Of a DNA stretch of 32,000 nucleotides, positions 31,060 through 32,000 are shown piece by piece (position 1 is the stretch's first letter; every line of letters begins with the position of its first letter). A program made the translations under genes and the position numbers. The notes under the pieces are model-generated. The model was given only the letters and a program-made list of their open reading frames with translations, ran no database searches and was not told the DNA's origin. This stretch comes from Candidatus Nanosynbacter sp. BB002 (GTDB taxonomy: Bacteria > Patescibacteriota > Saccharimonadia > Saccharimonadales > Saccharimonadaceae): the NCBI RefSeq assembly GCF_037013405.1, contig NZ_CP146064.1:300001-332000 (forward strand), in the 5' to 3' direction.

Positions 31060-31088
31060 ATTCTAGCATAAAATACAGAAAAATGCAA
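31060..31088 (-). promoter_or_regulatory. Promoter of the adhesin gene (TTGCAT-N17-TGcTAGAAT)
   Basis: On the minus strand: ttgcat (31083-31088), a 17-nt spacer, and tagaat (31060-31065) preceded by tgc. This leaves a ~125-nt AT-normal leader. Confidence 0.5.
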
Positions 31089-31120
31089 TACTCCCACGGC
31101 TATCTCGGCGACGTCACCCC

Positions 31121-31151
31121 AGTAAAAATCCCGCCATGATCGGCGGGATTT
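31121..31151 (-). terminator. Intrinsic terminator after rplA
   Basis: Stem aaatcccgcc (31126-31135) / ggcgggattt (31142-31151) with loop atgatc, followed by a T-run on the minus strand. Confidence 0.7.
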
Positions 31152-31180
31152 GATGGGTTAAACTGCGAGATTAACTATGT

Positions 31181-31990
31181 CTAGAGGTTGTTTTCAACTT
31201 TGATACTAGGACCCATGGTAGTAGTCACGGCAACACTTTTGACGTAGGCGCCTTTGAGGCTGCTTGGTTTTTGGGCGTTTAGGCTGCTCAAAAATGCGCG
31301 GGCGTTGTCTTGTAGTTTTTCTGTACCAAACGACACCTTACCGACGCTCAAGTGAACGATGGCTTGTTTGTCGACACGGTACTCCACCTTACCAGCTTTG
31401 GCTTCGGTGACGGCAGTCGCCACGTCTGTTGCTACGGTGCCAGACTTTGGATTTGGCATCAAACCACGTGGACCGAGCAAGCGAGCGTATTTACCAAGTT
31501 TTGGCATGTACTGTGGCGTTGCTACCAAGATGTCAAAGTTCAGCTCTTCTTTGTCCAGCTGCTTCAAGAACTCTTCATCACCAATGATGTCGGCGCCAGC
31601 CTTTTTGGCAGCGGCGTGCTCTTCTTCTGGTGCAAATACTGCGACGCGTACCTCTTTACCGGTACCGTGAGGCAGTGACACGGTTGAGCGAATGTTCTGG
31701 TCTGCCTGGCGTGGGTCAACACCGAGCCGAACGTGCAGCTCCACTGATGCGTCAAATTTGACTGGACTGGTCTCGGTCGCCAGCTTCAAAGCTTCTTCCA
31801 GGGTGTACACTTTGTCTTTCTCGATCTTTTTGGCAGCTTCTTGGTATTTTTTGCCGCGGCGCTCTAGGCGTGGTCGGGTGACTGGCTTTGGACCTTTTTT
31901 GATGTGTGCTTCAGCGTCTTCGTCTTGCGGAGTGGTGTCGCCTGCTTCTTTGCGAGCTTCCTTCTCTGCTTTAGCTTCAGCTTCGTCCAA
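31181..31990 (-). CDS. rplA: 50S ribosomal protein L1 with a charged N-terminal extension (5' end uncertain, may lie outside the window)
   Basis: GKKYQEAAKKIEKDKVYTLEEALKL..., VELHVRLGVDPRQADQNIRSTVSLPHGTGK and LGPRGLMPNPKSGTV are classic L1. There is no in-frame ATG upstream of the conserved core. The only candidate start in the window is TTG 31990, and the frame stays open to nt 32000. Confidence 0.9.
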   Translation of the reverse strand: MDEAEAKAEKEARKEAGDTTPQDEDAEAHIKKGPKPVTRPRLERRGKKYQEAAKKIEKDKVYTLEEALKLATETSPVKFDASVELHVRLGVDPRQADQNIRSTVSLPHGTGKEVRVAVFAPEEEHAAAKKAGADIIGDEEFLKQLDKEELNFDILVATPQYMPKLGKYARLLGPRGLMPNPKSGTVATDVATAVTEAKAGKVEYRVDKQAIVHLSVGKVSFGTEKLQDNARAFLSSLNAQKPSSLKGAYVKSVAVTTTMGPSIKVENNL

Positions 31991-32000
31991 AGCTTTTTGG

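Noticed and set aside
1-32000. A search for CRISPR arrays, transposases/integrases, prophage genes, toxin-antitoxin pairs and known defence-system hallmarks.
   Set aside because: I saw no regularly spaced direct repeats. None of the ORFs shows a DDE, tyrosine or serine recombinase, Cas, restriction-modification or nuclease/NTPase defence signature that I can recognise. Apart from the single high-GC gene, the window is housekeeping.

Overview
Dense, mostly minus-strand housekeeping region, roughly 50% G+C by hand counts. The organism looks like a small-genome bacterium with a Gram-positive-type envelope. Sortase-anchored proteins, DUF3048, compact operons and many leaderless genes fit a Saccharibacteria/CPR-like or reduced actinobacterium-like genome, but taxonomy is inference only. 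Recognisable genes: topA, a PgsA-like CDP-alcohol phosphatidyltransferase, dprA, a Fur/Zur-family regulator, a nicotianamine-synthase-like gene, two COG0523/CobW GTPases, a TerC/DUF475 membrane protein, pth, der, an RsuA/RluB-type pseudouridine synthase, two two-component systems, tRNA-Glu(CUC), a DUF3048 protein, recR, ybaB, a polytopic GT-C-like protein, dnaB, dnaX, a frameshifted PlsC-type acyltransferase, an SGNH hydrolase, a DUF2797-like protein, rplL, rplJ and rplA. I saw no rRNA, CRISPR array, transposase, integrase or obvious defence/toxin genes. Main findings: (1) a single high-GC gene for an LAxTG-anchored adhesin sits between rplA and rplJ and looks horizontally acquired from an actinobacterium; (2) a Fur/Zur-linked locus combines nicotianamine synthase, twin COG0523 genes, a Cys/His protein and a TerC-family protein, with no recognisable metallophore partner genes; (3) TopA, RecR and DnaX all lack their canonical Cys4 zinc sites; (4) a perfect consensus promoter and a strong terminator bracket a ~320-nt ORF-free region, a candidate ncRNA of unknown class; (5) a G8 tract splits an acyltransferase gene; (6) about 14 genes have a TGnTATAAT-type -10 box 6-10 nt from the start codon, suggesting leaderless mRNAs.
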